Positions 39,736 through 52,030 of a stretch of 64,000 nt of DNA are shown here, piece after piece. Position 1 is the first letter of the stretch; each line of letters opens with the position of its first letter. The notes beneath the pieces were generated by a model. That model ran no database searches and was not told the DNA's origin. It was given only the letters and a program-made list of their open reading frames with translations. Made by a program: the position numbers and the translations under genes. The DNA is from Octopus bimaculoides. Its lineage: Eukaryota. Location of the stretch: the NCBI RefSeq assembly GCF_001194135.2, contig NC_068984.1, forward strand, positions 27,588,524 to 27,652,523. The letters are read 5' to 3'.

Positions 39736-40462
39736 ACATATATTATCTTATATATGTTTATATGTATGTAAGTAAATAGATAAGTAAATGGATAACTATG
39801 GGTTTCAATGATGAGTGTGGAATTGTTCAGCCAACTGAATTATCTTTTCGTGGATTTATCATGCCTACTTTTAATATAACCCTCAAGCTGAATATGCATG
39901 ACGGTATGTAACAAGGCTGGAACTTTGAATTTGCCACATAATCCTTCCAATGGTTTTTCTACCCAGCTGCTATCTCCCCAGTTTCACACAATGCTTGGGT
40001 TGACTAAAAGTTATGATAAAAGACTTGCCGAAGATATCATATACTGGGATTGAACTCAGGGCTTGTATGAGTTCCTAACCATTCAGCCATACTACATTCA
40101 CTCACACACACACACACACACACCTACACACATCCATAAATGTATATATAGATGATAATTTTCAGTGATTTCACTGCTATTTCTAATAGTTTAAGAGGAA
40201 TATCAACCATGCTGGTCTTACTGATCTTGGATGGCTGACAAGACCATAAGCACAACCATTTCTGTAGACCAATCCATTTAAAAAATAAGTGTAGCAAACC
40301 CACAGAAGTGACCCTCATTGGTGCATTTACATCTCATTTTAAAGAACAGCAAATACTGAATGCACATTCTGGAAACTAAATTTACTTTCTTTCATAGATA
40401 TCTTAAGCTATGTCTCAGAAAAAAATGTTTGGAAGTCCTCATCTTTTACAAATATATACGCT
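33782..40462 (+). CDS. Candidate spliced chain: 33782-33800, 36033-36138, 39780-39903, 40398-40462; product unknown, one hydrophobic segment
   Basis: AG/GT boundaries with compatible phases give xLFFTVWIRKLLACFMTSCVFLIMNIILEMAILFLKEPTHHN-ISKWITMGFNDECGIVQPTELSFRGFIMPTFNITLKLNMHD-DILSYVSEKNVWKSSSFTNIYA; no homology recognised and the 39780 acceptor is weak. Confidence 0.2.
33985..34200 (-). mobile_element. RTE-tail-sharing short element
   Basis: catcatcatcatcgtttaacgttcgcttactatgctaacatgggttggac...ctggatgcctttcctaacgccaac. Confidence 0.8.
34530..34745 (-). mobile_element. RTE-tail-sharing short element, decayed
   Basis: catcatttaacgttgggtatcc...ctaatgccaaac pattern. Confidence 0.55.
36465..36640 (+). 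mobile_element. tRNA-headed SINE, decayed; relatives at 23690-23850 (+) and 22140-22290 (-)
   Basis: tggcctagtggttaagatg...gtgagttcaaggtctgaaccaggc A/B-box-like head. Confidence 0.6.
36791..37007 (-). mobile_element. Mariner-derived MITE with ~30-bp TIRs and TA target duplication
   Basis: TA-tgagagagtgctgaaatgttcctgactttg ... caaagtcaggaactttccagcatctcttca-TA; interior encodes the transposase end SLEKLKGHCNKCVNLRGEYVE*. Confidence 0.85.
37590..38470. repeat. Compound (CATA)n/(TA)n/(AAT)n/(GAT)n/(CCAT)n microsatellite blocks
   Basis: Direct reading; blocks at 37590-37925 and 38190-38470. Confidence 0.9.
38829..38867 (-). ncRNA. Degenerate minimal hammerhead-like motif
   Basis: ccttt CTGTTGA a gagt-gtag-gctc AAAAC ATA aaaga; CpG-decay-type changes relative to the 16732 copy. 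Confidence 0.35.
38975..39560 (-). mobile_element. Penelope-like terminal fragments among microsatellites; hammerhead-like motif at 39511-39556
   Basis: tct CTGATGA a gggata-cccctaa-tatcct a GAAA agct aTA agac, then a tail ending at (AC)n. Confidence 0.45.
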
Positions 40463-40831
40463 GTAAATGTAAATGGTTCATGAATTGAAGAATAGGTGAA
40501 ATCAGTTTTGTTGGAAGTATATTTTGACAGATTCCTTTTATGAACATTTTAATATCTTTTCATTATAATTTTTATTTTTTTCATAATTCCTATTACTGAT
40601 TTTCATAAGCTCTCCTTAAAAGATATTTTTATAGATTCCTTCTTTGAAATAACTATTTCCTTCTTTCGTAAAAGTGATTTATTCACTTTTTTCTATCATA
40701 TATTTCTTTCATAGTCATATCTTCTACTGTTTCTTTCATTGTCACATCTTCATATATCTACCTAACTATCTATCTACCTGTCTGTCTGTCTATGAATGTA
40801 TCTATCTCAAACTATATGTGTGTGTATGTAC

Positions 40832-40905
<74 letters not shown>

Positions 40906-41609
40906 NNNNNNNNNNNNNNNNNNNNNNNNNNNNNNNNNNNNNNNNNNNNNNNNNNNNNNNNNNNNNNNNNNNNNNNNNNNNNNNNNNNNNNNNNNNNNNN
41001 NNNNNNNNNNNNNNNNNNNNNNNNNNNNNNNNNNNNNNNNNNNNNNNNNNNNNNNNNNNNNNNNNNNNNNNNNNNNNNNNNNNNNNNNNNNNNNNNNNNN
41101 NNNNNNNNNNNNNNNNNNNNNNNNNNNNNNNNNNNNNNNNNNNNNNNNNNNNNNNNNNNNNNNNNNNNNNNNNNNNNNNNNNNNNNNNNNNNNNNNNNNN
41201 NNNNNNNNNNNNNNNNNNNNNNNNNNNNNNNNNNNNNNNNNNNNNNNNNNNNNNNNNNNNNNNNNNNNNNNNNNNNNNNNNNNNNNNNNNNNNNNNNNNN
41301 NNNNNNNNNNNNNNNNNNNNNNNNNNNNNNNNNNNNNNNNNNNNNNNNNNNNNNNNNNNNNNNNNNNNNNNNNNNNNNNNNNNNNNNNNNNNNNNNNNNN
41401 NNNNNNNNNNNNNNNNNNNNNNNNNNNNNNNNNNNNNNNNNNNNNNNNNNNNNNNNNNNNNNNNNNNNNNNNNNNNNNNNNNNNNNNNNNNNNNNNNNNN
41501 NNNNNNNNNNNNNNNNNNNNNNNNNNNNNNNNNNNNNNNNNNNNNNNNNNNNNNNNNNNNNNNNNNNNNNNNNNNNNNNNNNNNNNNNTTGAGAGTCACC
41601 ATTGTAAAT

Positions 41610-41975
41610 GAAATGCTTGATAACAACTACAAAGTGTAATGACTCCTTTCAGTCTTGAATGACCATGGGATTGCACCTCCAAGGTTACCTCTGAGGCACA
41701 AGTCTGGGTAAGGTTATTTATGGAAGACCAGCAGTTGCCCATGCATACCAGCCTACCCTCTTCATGCCACTGGTGCTATCCAAGGGAAAGGCAATGGCTG
41801 ATATAGTTTGGTACCAATGACGTCACAACTCATTTCTACAGCTGAGTGAACTGGAGCAACGTGAAATAAAGTATCTTGCTCAAGAACACAATACACAGCT
41901 TGGTCTGGGAATTGAACTAACTACCTCATGATTGTGAGCTCGATGCTCTAACCACTGAACCATGTACCTTCACAT
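41610..41975 (-). mobile_element. tRNA-headed SINE with V-type core and RTE-like tail
   Basis: tacagctgagtgaactggagcaacgtgaaataaagtatcttgctcaagaacac core; head ctaaccactgaaccatg on the plus strand. Confidence 0.75.
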
Positions 41976-42968
41976 GATTTTATAACAATTATAATAAAAA
42001 ATAGCAATGCGAGCAAGCAATGGCATTGATATATAAATATGGAACCAATGAGGAATACCTATTGCTACATTTTTTTGCAGCAATATTTCTGATTGTTATC
42101 ATTAAATATCTCTGCTCAGCTGATAATTAAACTATTAAGCATAACTCATGTGGTTTTTACACCAGATACTCAACTTTTTAATCCTGACATTCCAGCTATT
42201 CACCACATGGGGTACTGTGTTGTAGTGAAGGTGTGTTGTTATTCATTGTGCTATTCTAGGATGAAAGATACTAGTGGAGCCGAACAAGTTGCTTGGTCAA
42301 ATTGATTACTTGGATTTCATTGGACAGAAAATTAACCCATATAGGTTCCATTAGACATATCTTATGGTTATTAACGATTTTCTTGTTATAATGTATATTA
42401 GAATCATGGGGGAGGTGCAGTATGGTTATTTGTTTGCACCAGTTGGGGGATAATATTTTAGTTTCTCTGGATCAGGTAGAGAACATCATATTTTTAAAAT
42501 AGTATTGGAGTATTGCTTATGCCTTTACCTGGGTGTTAATGAACATGTAGTTGGAAGGGTAATATTCAAGCAGTGCACCTTTTGTGCTTTTACAGGTGGT
42601 GAATCATACAGTAATATTAGAATATGAATAAGTTAGTGGATATTGAGCATAGTAGTGATGGTGTAGTACTGATATTAACTTGTTGATGTAAAAAGAGTGA
42701 CTAATGGATAAATCTGTAGCAAATACCCCCAGTTAAGGAACAAGGTAGCAGCATGCTGACTGAACCAAGCCTTATCTGCAGCACCTGGTGTTAATCTGAG
42801 TACTGATCTACTAGAGTAAGAACCATGGGTATTCTTCTGAAACTGATCAAGACTCTGGTGATGAACAGTATTGCTGTGACTGCTAATGACCTTGGGACAT
42901 TAATGATGCAATGGGATATATGGGTGCATTCATAATTATACATAAAGCAAGTGCAATTTGTAGTTAGC

Positions 42969-42969
<1 letters not shown>

Positions 42970-43003
<34 letters not shown>

Positions 43004-43009
43004 ATGATT

Positions 43010-43063
<54 letters not shown>

Positions 43064-43065
43064 TA
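42970..43065. repeat. (GAT)n microsatellite
   Basis: Direct reading. Confidence 0.95.
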
Positions 43066-45109
43066 ATTAGAGTGATTTTATATTGGATTGTTATTTGAAA
43101 CAGTCTTTTATGACACATTAAAATTGATAGTTAGTTTCAGATAAATTGATGCCTAACAAAAATAACTCTCCTAATATATGCTCAATAAATTTGTAAAAAT
43201 AAAGAAAGACTTTTATCAGAAAAAGACAAAAATAATAAATTATTTGTATCTTCACTTTGATCTGGATTTTATAAACCCATACTTACATGCTTGGAAGATA
43301 TATACAAGTTGTCTGAATGATCAGCAAAGTTTTGAAAATAAGTGTTTAATAAGCAAAGTCTGTGATGAAGTGTTTGTTGTTGATTGTAGATATTGATATA
43401 TCTTTATTTATATTGGAAATAATCTTCCCTGATATCAATTAGGCTATTCATGTATTAAAGTCAGACACACTAAAAAATTAATGCATTTCATATTTTGCCG
43501 TATTGCTTCTTGAAAGTGAAATAAATAATTTATCAGTTTTGTCATCCTATTGCTGCATGAATTTAGTAGAAATTTATTTTATTATTTGTTAAAATGTAAC
43601 CATTTAGTAAGAATGGTTTATTAATGATTAGCTTAAAGAATGAAAAATGACATGTGAAGAAAGTGTGTTATTGTTTCATAAAAGCTTGTTACTGATAGGG
43701 TTGTTAATCTTATTACCAAACAGGATTCAAGTGGAAAATGACTTCTTTGAGACTTTTAGAATATTGAATAAGTTTCCTGTTACATGTTAGAAAATGATTG
43801 TAAAGAATTAAGAATTAGTTGCAAATAAATGATATTCTCTTGAAAGCAAACGTCTAGATATCGTGCATTATATTTGTCAGAAGTGCTGACTGTAAATAAT
43901 GCAACTCACTATAGATTAATAAAGAAGTGAATAACTATTGTTACATCTTGAAACAAGAGTTGCATTCAGAATTAGCTATTAAACATATCTCTTGTTGAGT
44001 TTTATTGTGAAACATTTGTCCTTTATTGCAGGAAATCTAGTTGAAACTTATTGTATTGCTGTCAATCTATCTTAGAAGACAACATATCTTTTATAAGTTG
44101 CTCCTTCTCCATGGCACTGATGGGCCATAAACATGTCTTATATGTCATTAGATTTGGGGATAAATTTCACTGACAAGAAACTAAAATAAAATGACAGTGG
44201 TAACTAACTTGAGATATTCCAAGAGACTACACTTTCTACTTGGGTTCAATTGGAATGGAATAGAAGTAATTCTGGTGAATTTTTCTTGTTCTTTCTAGAT
44301 TGGAAACTCTCATGTGTGACGTTAAGAGAAATTAATATAAAATCTATAGTCAGTTTGTCATTATACAATATGTAAAATAATACGATTTAAAATTATGGTA
44401 ATAAATCGATTTTAGCATTTATTTTATTACTGTGTCACATGAAAAACCTAGTTCCTGTTTTATCAATGAAGGAAAGCAATGTTGAGCTTAGCTAGTATTT
44501 AGATGAATTATTATTTCAGAACATCAACTATTTTAAGTATTTCATGTGAATATTGAGAAAATCCAGATGCTGGAAGTAATGGATAAAATTGCTAAGAAAA
44601 CTGTTATGACAAAATCACTTAAAATGGTATTTAATGAAAGTTAGATTAAAATCTTACTTCGTCTTACCAATTCTGAAAACATTTAAAATGTTATGTGCAT
44701 TTAACTAGCTATTTGTAAAAGATGGCTACTTTAATTTATTTTGTGACTTTGATCATGCTTGATTTTTACATAAAGAGGGATAATGGTAAACTGTTAGAAA
44801 GAGTTTCCAGCTAGTATATCTTATATATATATATATATATATATCATAGTTTTAAAACATAATGGTGTTTTGTTTTTAGAAGAGAGAGAAACAATAACGA
44901 ATATATATATAGTAATAGAAAGGTATATGTGCAGACATGGCTGTGGGGTTAAGAAACTTAAAACTTGTTTTGTAGCCATGTAACACAGGGTTCAATTTCT
45001 GAGTACATTATTTTGGGTAAGTGACTTCTATCATAGCCTCCAGTTGACCAAGCCAAAGTGACTGAAATTTGAATGATAGAAACATTGTTTATACAGACAA
45101 GCAAGTCAA

Positions 45110-45320
45110 TTAGGCAGCGAGCTGGCAGAAACGTTAGCACACCAGGTGAAATGCTTAGCGGTATTTCATCTGTCTATACGCTATGAGTTCAAATTCCACT
45201 GAGGTTGACTTTGCTTTGATCCTTTTGGGGTCGATAAATTAAGTTGCATACTGGGGTCGATCTAATCGACTGGTCCCCTCCCCCAAAATTTCGGGTCTTG
45301 TGTCTAGACTAGAAAAGACA
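45110..45320 (+). mobile_element. Nin-core SINE
   Basis: gcgagctggcagaaacgttagc...gagttcaaattccactgaggttgactttgc...ggggtcgataaatt. Confidence 0.8.
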
Positions 45321-45344
45321 AGCAAGTCAACAGCAGTATGGTAG

Positions 45345-46757
45345 CTAGTTAAATGCACATAACAAAGTGTTAGCTATATATTCCTTAGCAGTTCCAGTCA
45401 TTATTTACAGATTGAATGTGTTGAACTGGAATATGAGTGAAATAAGGAAGATTGACAGGAAATTTCATAAGCTGCTGACTTGCAGTAAAATGCACCGCCC
45501 AAAGGCAGACACAGATCGTCTTTACCTACCCAGAGCTCAAGGAAGTTGAGGCTTGATCCAGTTTGAAATCTCTTACAAAAGCACCACAATTGGGCTGGCA
45601 AAATATCTCGAAACATCTAATGACTGGATGCTAAAGCTCGTTGAAAACCATGAAAGGCATATGAAACTATATTCTGTTATGAAGGAGAACAAAATATTTT
45701 CAAGTGAGTTTATGCATAATTCCTAGGTTGAACAGCATGATGGAAGTGCAACAACTGTAGTTGCAAAGAAAGTTAAATCAATTGCAAAGCAAAATGTATT
45801 TGAACAATTGGCTGATAGGTGGAAACAAAAACCTCTGCATGGCAAATATGTGGTTCATAGCAAACAAGCTGATGAGGCAGAGAGTGGTGGCTTTATCTTG
45901 GCTGCCCAAGATTAGAGCTTATTGACCTGGAACTACCAAGCCAATGGTGTAGACACAAAGTGCTGATACTGCAATGATGGGATAGAAACAGTAGATCACC
46001 TAATCTCTGGATGTAACATTTTAGCTCTTATAGAGTACAAATCAAGACATGACAGAGTTGGCCAATATCTACATTGGATAATGTGCTGGCATTATAAAAT
46101 CAAAACTGCTGACAAATGGTACAAGCACTAACCTGAGGCTGTAACTGAGGGAGAAAATGTAATTATTCTTTGGGATTTCCCAGTATGTACAAAGAAGACC
46201 ATCAAGGCAAATCAACCAGATATTGTTGTGAAAGACCAAAACAATAAAGTCTATTTATTGATTCAAATGAGAATACCCTGTGACCATAATATCTCCGAAA
46301 AAGAATTTGATAAGCTCAGAAAATATAAAGATTTGCTCATCAAAATTAAAAAAGATGTGACATCTCAAGATGATTACAGTACCAGTGGTTGTGGGGGCAC
46401 TTGGAATGATCAAAAAAGGAACTGAATATTATTTAAGAATGATCTCTGGCTTACCATCCATGCAGGAAGTACAAAGGATTGTCTTAACTGGTGATTCACA
46501 TGTACTGAAAACATTGTCAGTGAATTTTCTTTCCCCTTTTCCCCTTTATTTTCTTTGTTTACTTTTTCATTTTTTTATTTTTTCACTCTGTCTTTCTTCT
46601 TCTTTTTCTCTATCACATGACTTTGTAAATGGACAATTTGGTGTGTTTATTTTAGTGGCCTACCAATGTATACATAGGTGTCAAGGAGACACTTGGTATG
46701 AAATGGAAACAGAATTGAAAGAAGATGATAATGAAAATAATTAATAATAATAATAAC
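45345..46757 (+). mobile_element. 5'-truncated R4/Dong-like LINE: RT thumb, CCHC finger, REL endonuclease, 3' UTR, (AAT)n; pseudogenised
   Basis: KADTDRLYLPRAQG(G); KC*YCNDGIETVDHLISGC...RHDRVG; ILWDFPV...NQPDIVVKD...MRIPCD...KYKDL; VPVVVGALG; ends in (AAT)n at ~46735. Confidence 0.9.
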
Positions 46758-46759
46758 AA

Positions 46760-47110
46760 CAAGTGCACTCAGAGAGCACAAACCACCAACAAGGCAACAC
46801 CAACATCCTCAACGCTTATCCAGAGATGATTTTTAAAATTAGAACGTCTGAAATAAATTTGACTGCTCTCAGGAACAAGAATACTAGAAATGAACCCAAC
46901 CCCTCGCAAAGATTAAGTAAAAAAAATAGGAAAAATAATCCAGAATCCTTGTCCTGTACCGGATCGATCCCAAAATCTAATCAGTTCGTGCCAGTCATGA
47001 GACCAGACAGCCCTGAAAGTTTCATCCGAATCCATCCCACGGTTTTTGAGATTTCTTGTCCACAGACAAACACAGCTGAAAAACAATACCTCCACCTTCG
47101 CTAAGGCAGA
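46760..47110 (+). mobile_element. Non-autonomous repeat, Helentron/HINE-like by sequence style
   Basis: gaaagtttcatccgaatcc...ttttgagatttcttgtccacagacaaacac...aatacctccaccttcgctaaggcagag; class is from recall. Confidence 0.4.
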
Positions 47111-47157
<47 letters not shown>

Positions 47158-47929
47158 GGAGGCATAACAAAAACACCAGGACTTACAAATATATATAACA
47201 TACAGAAAATTGCACTACTGGGCACTGCACACATCCTATGCAAAACACTTTCAATACAGTAACCATAAGAGCATCACAGCAAACCACAGCACATACCCAA
47301 GGCACACAGAGCTGTGCTCGGTAGTGAAGTGAAAGCACGTTATAAAAATAAAACTACTGAATAATAATAATAATAATAAATGCATCATAAATAATGTTTC
47401 CAAAACACAAATGGCAAAGCTTTCCTCTGCCAATACTGCTAATATCTCATTGATAGATAAGATTGATTATTACTATCTTTTCAGCCTGTTAAGAGATGAT
47501 AGCTGAGATCCAAAGTAGATAATGCCTGCTATCTGTTTCTGTTCCTGATAATTCTGAATTAAAAATCCTGCCAAGCTCAACTTAGACTTTTATTAATCCA
47601 TTGTCAATAAAATATATAAGGGAGGTGGGGAACTTGTATTAACTATACTTCCTCCTTTCACAACTGGACTTAAGTCAGAATTGATTGAGCATTAGACTTA
47701 TCATCAATATCATCAACAACATCATTGCCATTTTTATGCTCATTTCTCCATTCTTGGGTCAAGTGGAATTCATTGAGGTAGATTTTCTATGGCTGGATGT
47801 TCTTCTTGTCACCAATCTTCACTTGCTTCCAAGCAAAGTGATAGACCCTTAATCTATCAAACAATGAATGACCTGGACGTAGTTACACTGTGAAGTGGAA
47901 TTAAACAACATCATTTGAATGAACATAAT

Positions 47930-48032
47930 TTACATTATTTACATTAATTACATTTGATGGATATTTGTCCTCATCTTGTTTGTTGTTAACACGTTTCGGC
48001 TGATATACCCGCCAGCCTTTGTCAGGTGTCAT
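47930..48032 (-). ncRNA. Penelope-type tail with degenerate minimal hammerhead-like motif (47988-48029)
   Basis: acac CTGACAA a ggctg-gcgggtatat-cagcc GAAAC GT gtt; perfect 5-bp helix II directly before GAAAC; G8 changed to A. Confidence 0.5.
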
Positions 48033-48034
48033 GG

Positions 48035-48660
48035 GGAAATTTCGAAAAGGAGCCGTAAGTAGTAGCATTCTGCTTGGCTTGGGTGGACACTGTAAACTCT
48101 TGCAAAAATATCAGCCCACATTTCCTCTTGTGCCATTTATTGTTTCTCCAAGTGTAATACTTTGATGATTGTGGGTAAAGGAGTTTTCTTGCATATTCAT
48201 CTACTTGACACAATTTAAAAGAGGCAGTAAGGGTAGTTTCTTTTGGAGAAAGTTCTTATTGCAAGGCTGTTTGTTTTGAAAAGATAACCCTATGAAATGA
48301 TGGTTGGGTGCCTCTCATGAATGGGAAAATTGAAGATGCACCAAAAAACATCATTGGTACTGATGTGTCTTCTACTGTCATACTGTGCAACTTTGTCATT
48401 TTTATTTATCTGCTGACTGCCATTCTGCATAAGTGTGTATATTGCAGCATCTAAACCTTTGTTTAAACATTTGCAAACATATTTAAATAGAGTTGCAGAA
48501 GTTAACACTGACTCTGGCTACCTGTACTCATCTTTGCTTCTCTATAGAATACTGATCATCTGTATCTACTACGTTTCCCCTTGTAGAGAGTGAGAACATT
48601 GTTCTGGGAAGCTTTTTCGAAAATTGGGGATTAAATGAAAAAATGAGTTACGTGAATATC
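48035..48660 (-). mobile_element. Helitron Rep/helicase fragment, pseudogenised
   Basis: FKYVCKCLNKGLDAA...ISTNDVFWCIFNFPIHERHPTI (Rep KYxxKYxxKG region) and CQVDEYARKLLYPQSSKYYTW. Confidence 0.85.
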
Positions 48661-48757
48661 TTCACAAGAGAGATTGAAATAAATGGCGATTGTGGAACGC
48701 TGCATGCACACACATACATAGAGTATCAAACATCAGATGAAATAGACATGTATGTGT

Positions 48758-48811
<54 letters not shown>

Positions 48812-48821
48812 NNNNNNNNNN

Positions 48822-48863
<42 letters not shown>

Positions 48864-49639
48864 CCAGTGAAGGGGTGAGTTGTCATGTATACGTACATAC
48901 ATAAATAAATATGCATACATCGTTTTTGTATATATGTGTACATGTGTGAGAGAGATAGATAGATAGAGAGATAGATAGATAGAGAGAGAGATAGATAGAT
49001 AGAGAGAGAGAGTGCCACTTAAATATCACTCTCTCTATCTCTGTCTCACACACACATGCAAAAAAGATGCATACATATGTATTTATGTATGTATGCATAC
49101 ATGACAACACATCCTTCATTCTCTCTCTCTCTTTCACACACACACATACATACATGTATACAAACGTACATACAAAAATATGTGTGTGTACGTGCGTGTG
49201 TGTGACTACAGCACACAAAAAGTAAATGAATAAAAACTTTTTACAAAAATTAATGAAGTCTGTGGGTTCAAGCGAGATTTGTGAACTTCGTAAATATTTC
49301 TTTCATTAATTTATCGCGGTTGTTTGCAAATAGTGAATTAAAACTTGAAATGAAAACATTAAAATAGAGAGTGAGAGATTTTGCAAAAGAAAACGGAAAA
49401 CTTCACCGGTGCTACATCAATACTGGAAGTTGACATATTGACATTGAGAAACCTTTCTAAAGAAGTGAATCATATTTATAAAGCAATATTATTTATTTTT
49501 GATAAAAAAAAAGTAAACTAAAGAGCCTATTATGTATCCGAGGTCAAATTATTCATGCATCCCGTATATGGAAGGGATTCGTGCAACTGTTTTCATGTGG
49601 AAAGTGGATACACACACACACACAGGTGTATTTTATACA

Positions 49640-49915
49640 AGATATATTTATATATAATCAAAATAAGTAACAGAATATCAAGTAGTGATGCAATATGACC
49701 ATTTCAAGTGGCTCCATTTAATAGAACAATGCAACCATTACATCAATTTAAATGCAATACTATCTTCAGCTGCACAAATAAATAAATAGAATTTTAACCA
49801 GTAGGACACTTTTATATAATTTTTCTCAAATATTATTCACCTTACTTTGAGCTGACTGGTGCTTCAACTTAAGTACCTGGTGCTTGAACTTAAGTACCTA
49901 ATTCAACTGAATCTC
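49640..49915 (+). mobile_element. Diverged relative of the Penelope terminus at 23996/26115
   Basis: tttcaagtggctccatttaatagaacaatgcaacc shared with 24047-24065 and the reverse complement of 26030-26065. Confidence 0.55.
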
Positions 49916-50069
49916 AATGTGTGTGTGTGTGTGTATATATATATAGAGAGAGGTACATACATATATACATAATCTATACTTATGACAGTTCACTACTGTT
50001 ATAATAAGACCTGTTTAATTTACAAACGCTTGTTACCTTGGATTTTTACGTTAAACTCCTTTATACACG

Positions 50070-50310
50070 TAGAGAAGGCCATGAGAAATATTGATTTCAA
50101 ATATTGGCCCAAGGCCAACAATTTTTTGGGAGGGGTAAGTCAATTACATCGACCTCAGTGCTCAACTGGTACTTATTTTATCGACCCTGAAAAGATGAAA
50201 AGCAAAAATCAACCTTGGTGGAATTTGAACTCAGAACATAAAGACAGATGAAATGCTGCTAAGCATTTTGCCTGGCTTGCTAATGATTCAGCCAGGTCAC
50301 TGCTTTAAAG
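50070..50310 (-). mobile_element. Nin-core SINE
   Basis: atcgaccctgaaaagatgaaaagc...ggaatttgaactcagaac...ctaagcattttgcctggc. Confidence 0.8.
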
Positions 50311-51277
50311 GTCGTGAGAAAATATTAATTCAGCATATTCTCTGCAAATATCCAGGATCAATATGAGACAAATCTTGCAGTGATATTGTCAGGAGTGAGA
50401 AACAACACATTGTAATGAAAACAAATGAGAAACAAGATGATAATTAAATGTTAACCTAGTGCTAAGTGATATTCTAGTTAAAACAGCTTTTTAATTATCT
50501 TTACTGGGACATGACATGTGCCATTGATGATGACACAGTTCACTTGTCCGTAAGAATGTTAACATTTATGACACTGAAATTTCTGATTGCATTAATCATT
50601 AGAATCCCAATAAAAACAAATACAAAAGCCACGACTATATGAACAATACAACCAACAACTGATATTTTTTTTGTATTAGAAAACAAAATATAAAGAATAT
50701 AATACAAAGAACACTATCTCTTCTAATATCATTTATTATTTATATTGTAATTATATGGTAACAGTTGCAGAAATTAACTTCTAATCAATCTATAAAAACA
50801 AAAGCAATGACACACATAGATCAATGTATGCAATACAGATTACAATATTCATATGGATAACAGAATAGAATGTTATAAATACTAATGAAACATGTAGTAT
50901 CAATGATCTAATAAGTAAAATTGAATGAGGCTCGGAGATAATTATTAATGATATGGTAATTTATATGATACTACAGTCTTTAAGATCAAAACTTAGGAAG
51001 CTAGGACACACAGATTCAGATAAGGCAGGATGATAATGGTTGGAAATATGTTGGGTGTATTTCTTAGTCCATTAAACTAATACCAGGCTTTAACCAGTGT
51101 TTTTTCTTCCTCATCCCTCTCATCTAGATGTATGCATATTCATTCTTTGACAAAGTTTGACATCAGAAGAGCTGCGCTCATCTCATGGCATTTAGGAATA
51201 TTGTCAAGTGTTTATTTCGTTTTCTTTTCTTTCTTGTATTAATTATTACTTGTTTCCTTGGTTTCTAGTTTCTTTCT

Positions 51278-51525
51278 TTAACATGTTAACCACCCCCTGT
51301 TACCACCAGCAATTCATTGCAAATTTCACTCAACTGTATCTGTGACATGGTTTCAGGGATATTTAAATAACATGAGTGCTGAATATTAAAGTTTAATTAT
51401 GAAATATTGTGAAAATGCAAAAAAATTACATCCCTTTGTAATTAAACCGAATGCAGTGTGACTGCACAAAATATGTGGCATCACCAGTAAGTTCCAGTAA
51501 CAGGCCATGGCAATTAACATGTTAA
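51278..51525. mobile_element. Possible MITE with ttaacatgttaa ends
   Basis: ttaacatgttaa at both ends plus inverted cctgttac/gtaacagg. Confidence 0.35.
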
Positions 51526-52030
51526 AGTCACAACCTTTAATTCTCTCATAGAATTTTAGTATTTCTCTTGACTACACCACATTTCTGTTGTTTGGTCCAA
51601 CTTAACCCTAATCAAGACTTATTATGAAAAGCATTCTGGTTGTAAACATTCCATCTTTTTTTTTTTTTCATATCACAGTCTACATTGTTCAATGTAACCT
51701 TTTAAGATGGTAGGATGTAATTTAAATGGGATATGACTACTCTTTTCTATCAAGTCAAATTATTGCATAGAAGATTCCTTATTGTCATAAAGCAATATTT
51801 TGAGAACCATCATCAACATCATTGTTTCTATGCCCTCTTTTCCATGCTGGCTTGAATAGAATAGAACACCACACTACAAAATTCCCTTCTTACACATACT
51901 GAATTTCACTATACTTATTCTATCATTTTCTTTTACTGAACTACCAAGTTATGAAGATGTAAACAAACTAAGACCAGTTGTCAAGCAATGGTGGAGGGAC
52001 AAACACAAATACACAAACACATATATATAT

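Noticed and set aside
42100-42950. ~75-codon open minus frame (…PGAADKAWFSQHAATLFLNWG…) in a higher-GC block
   Set aside because: No start or splice support and no family recognised; probably a decayed element.
49858-49898. 21-bp tandem duplication gtgctt(c/g)aacttaagtacct
   Set aside because: Simple slippage duplication inside a repeat relic; only two units.
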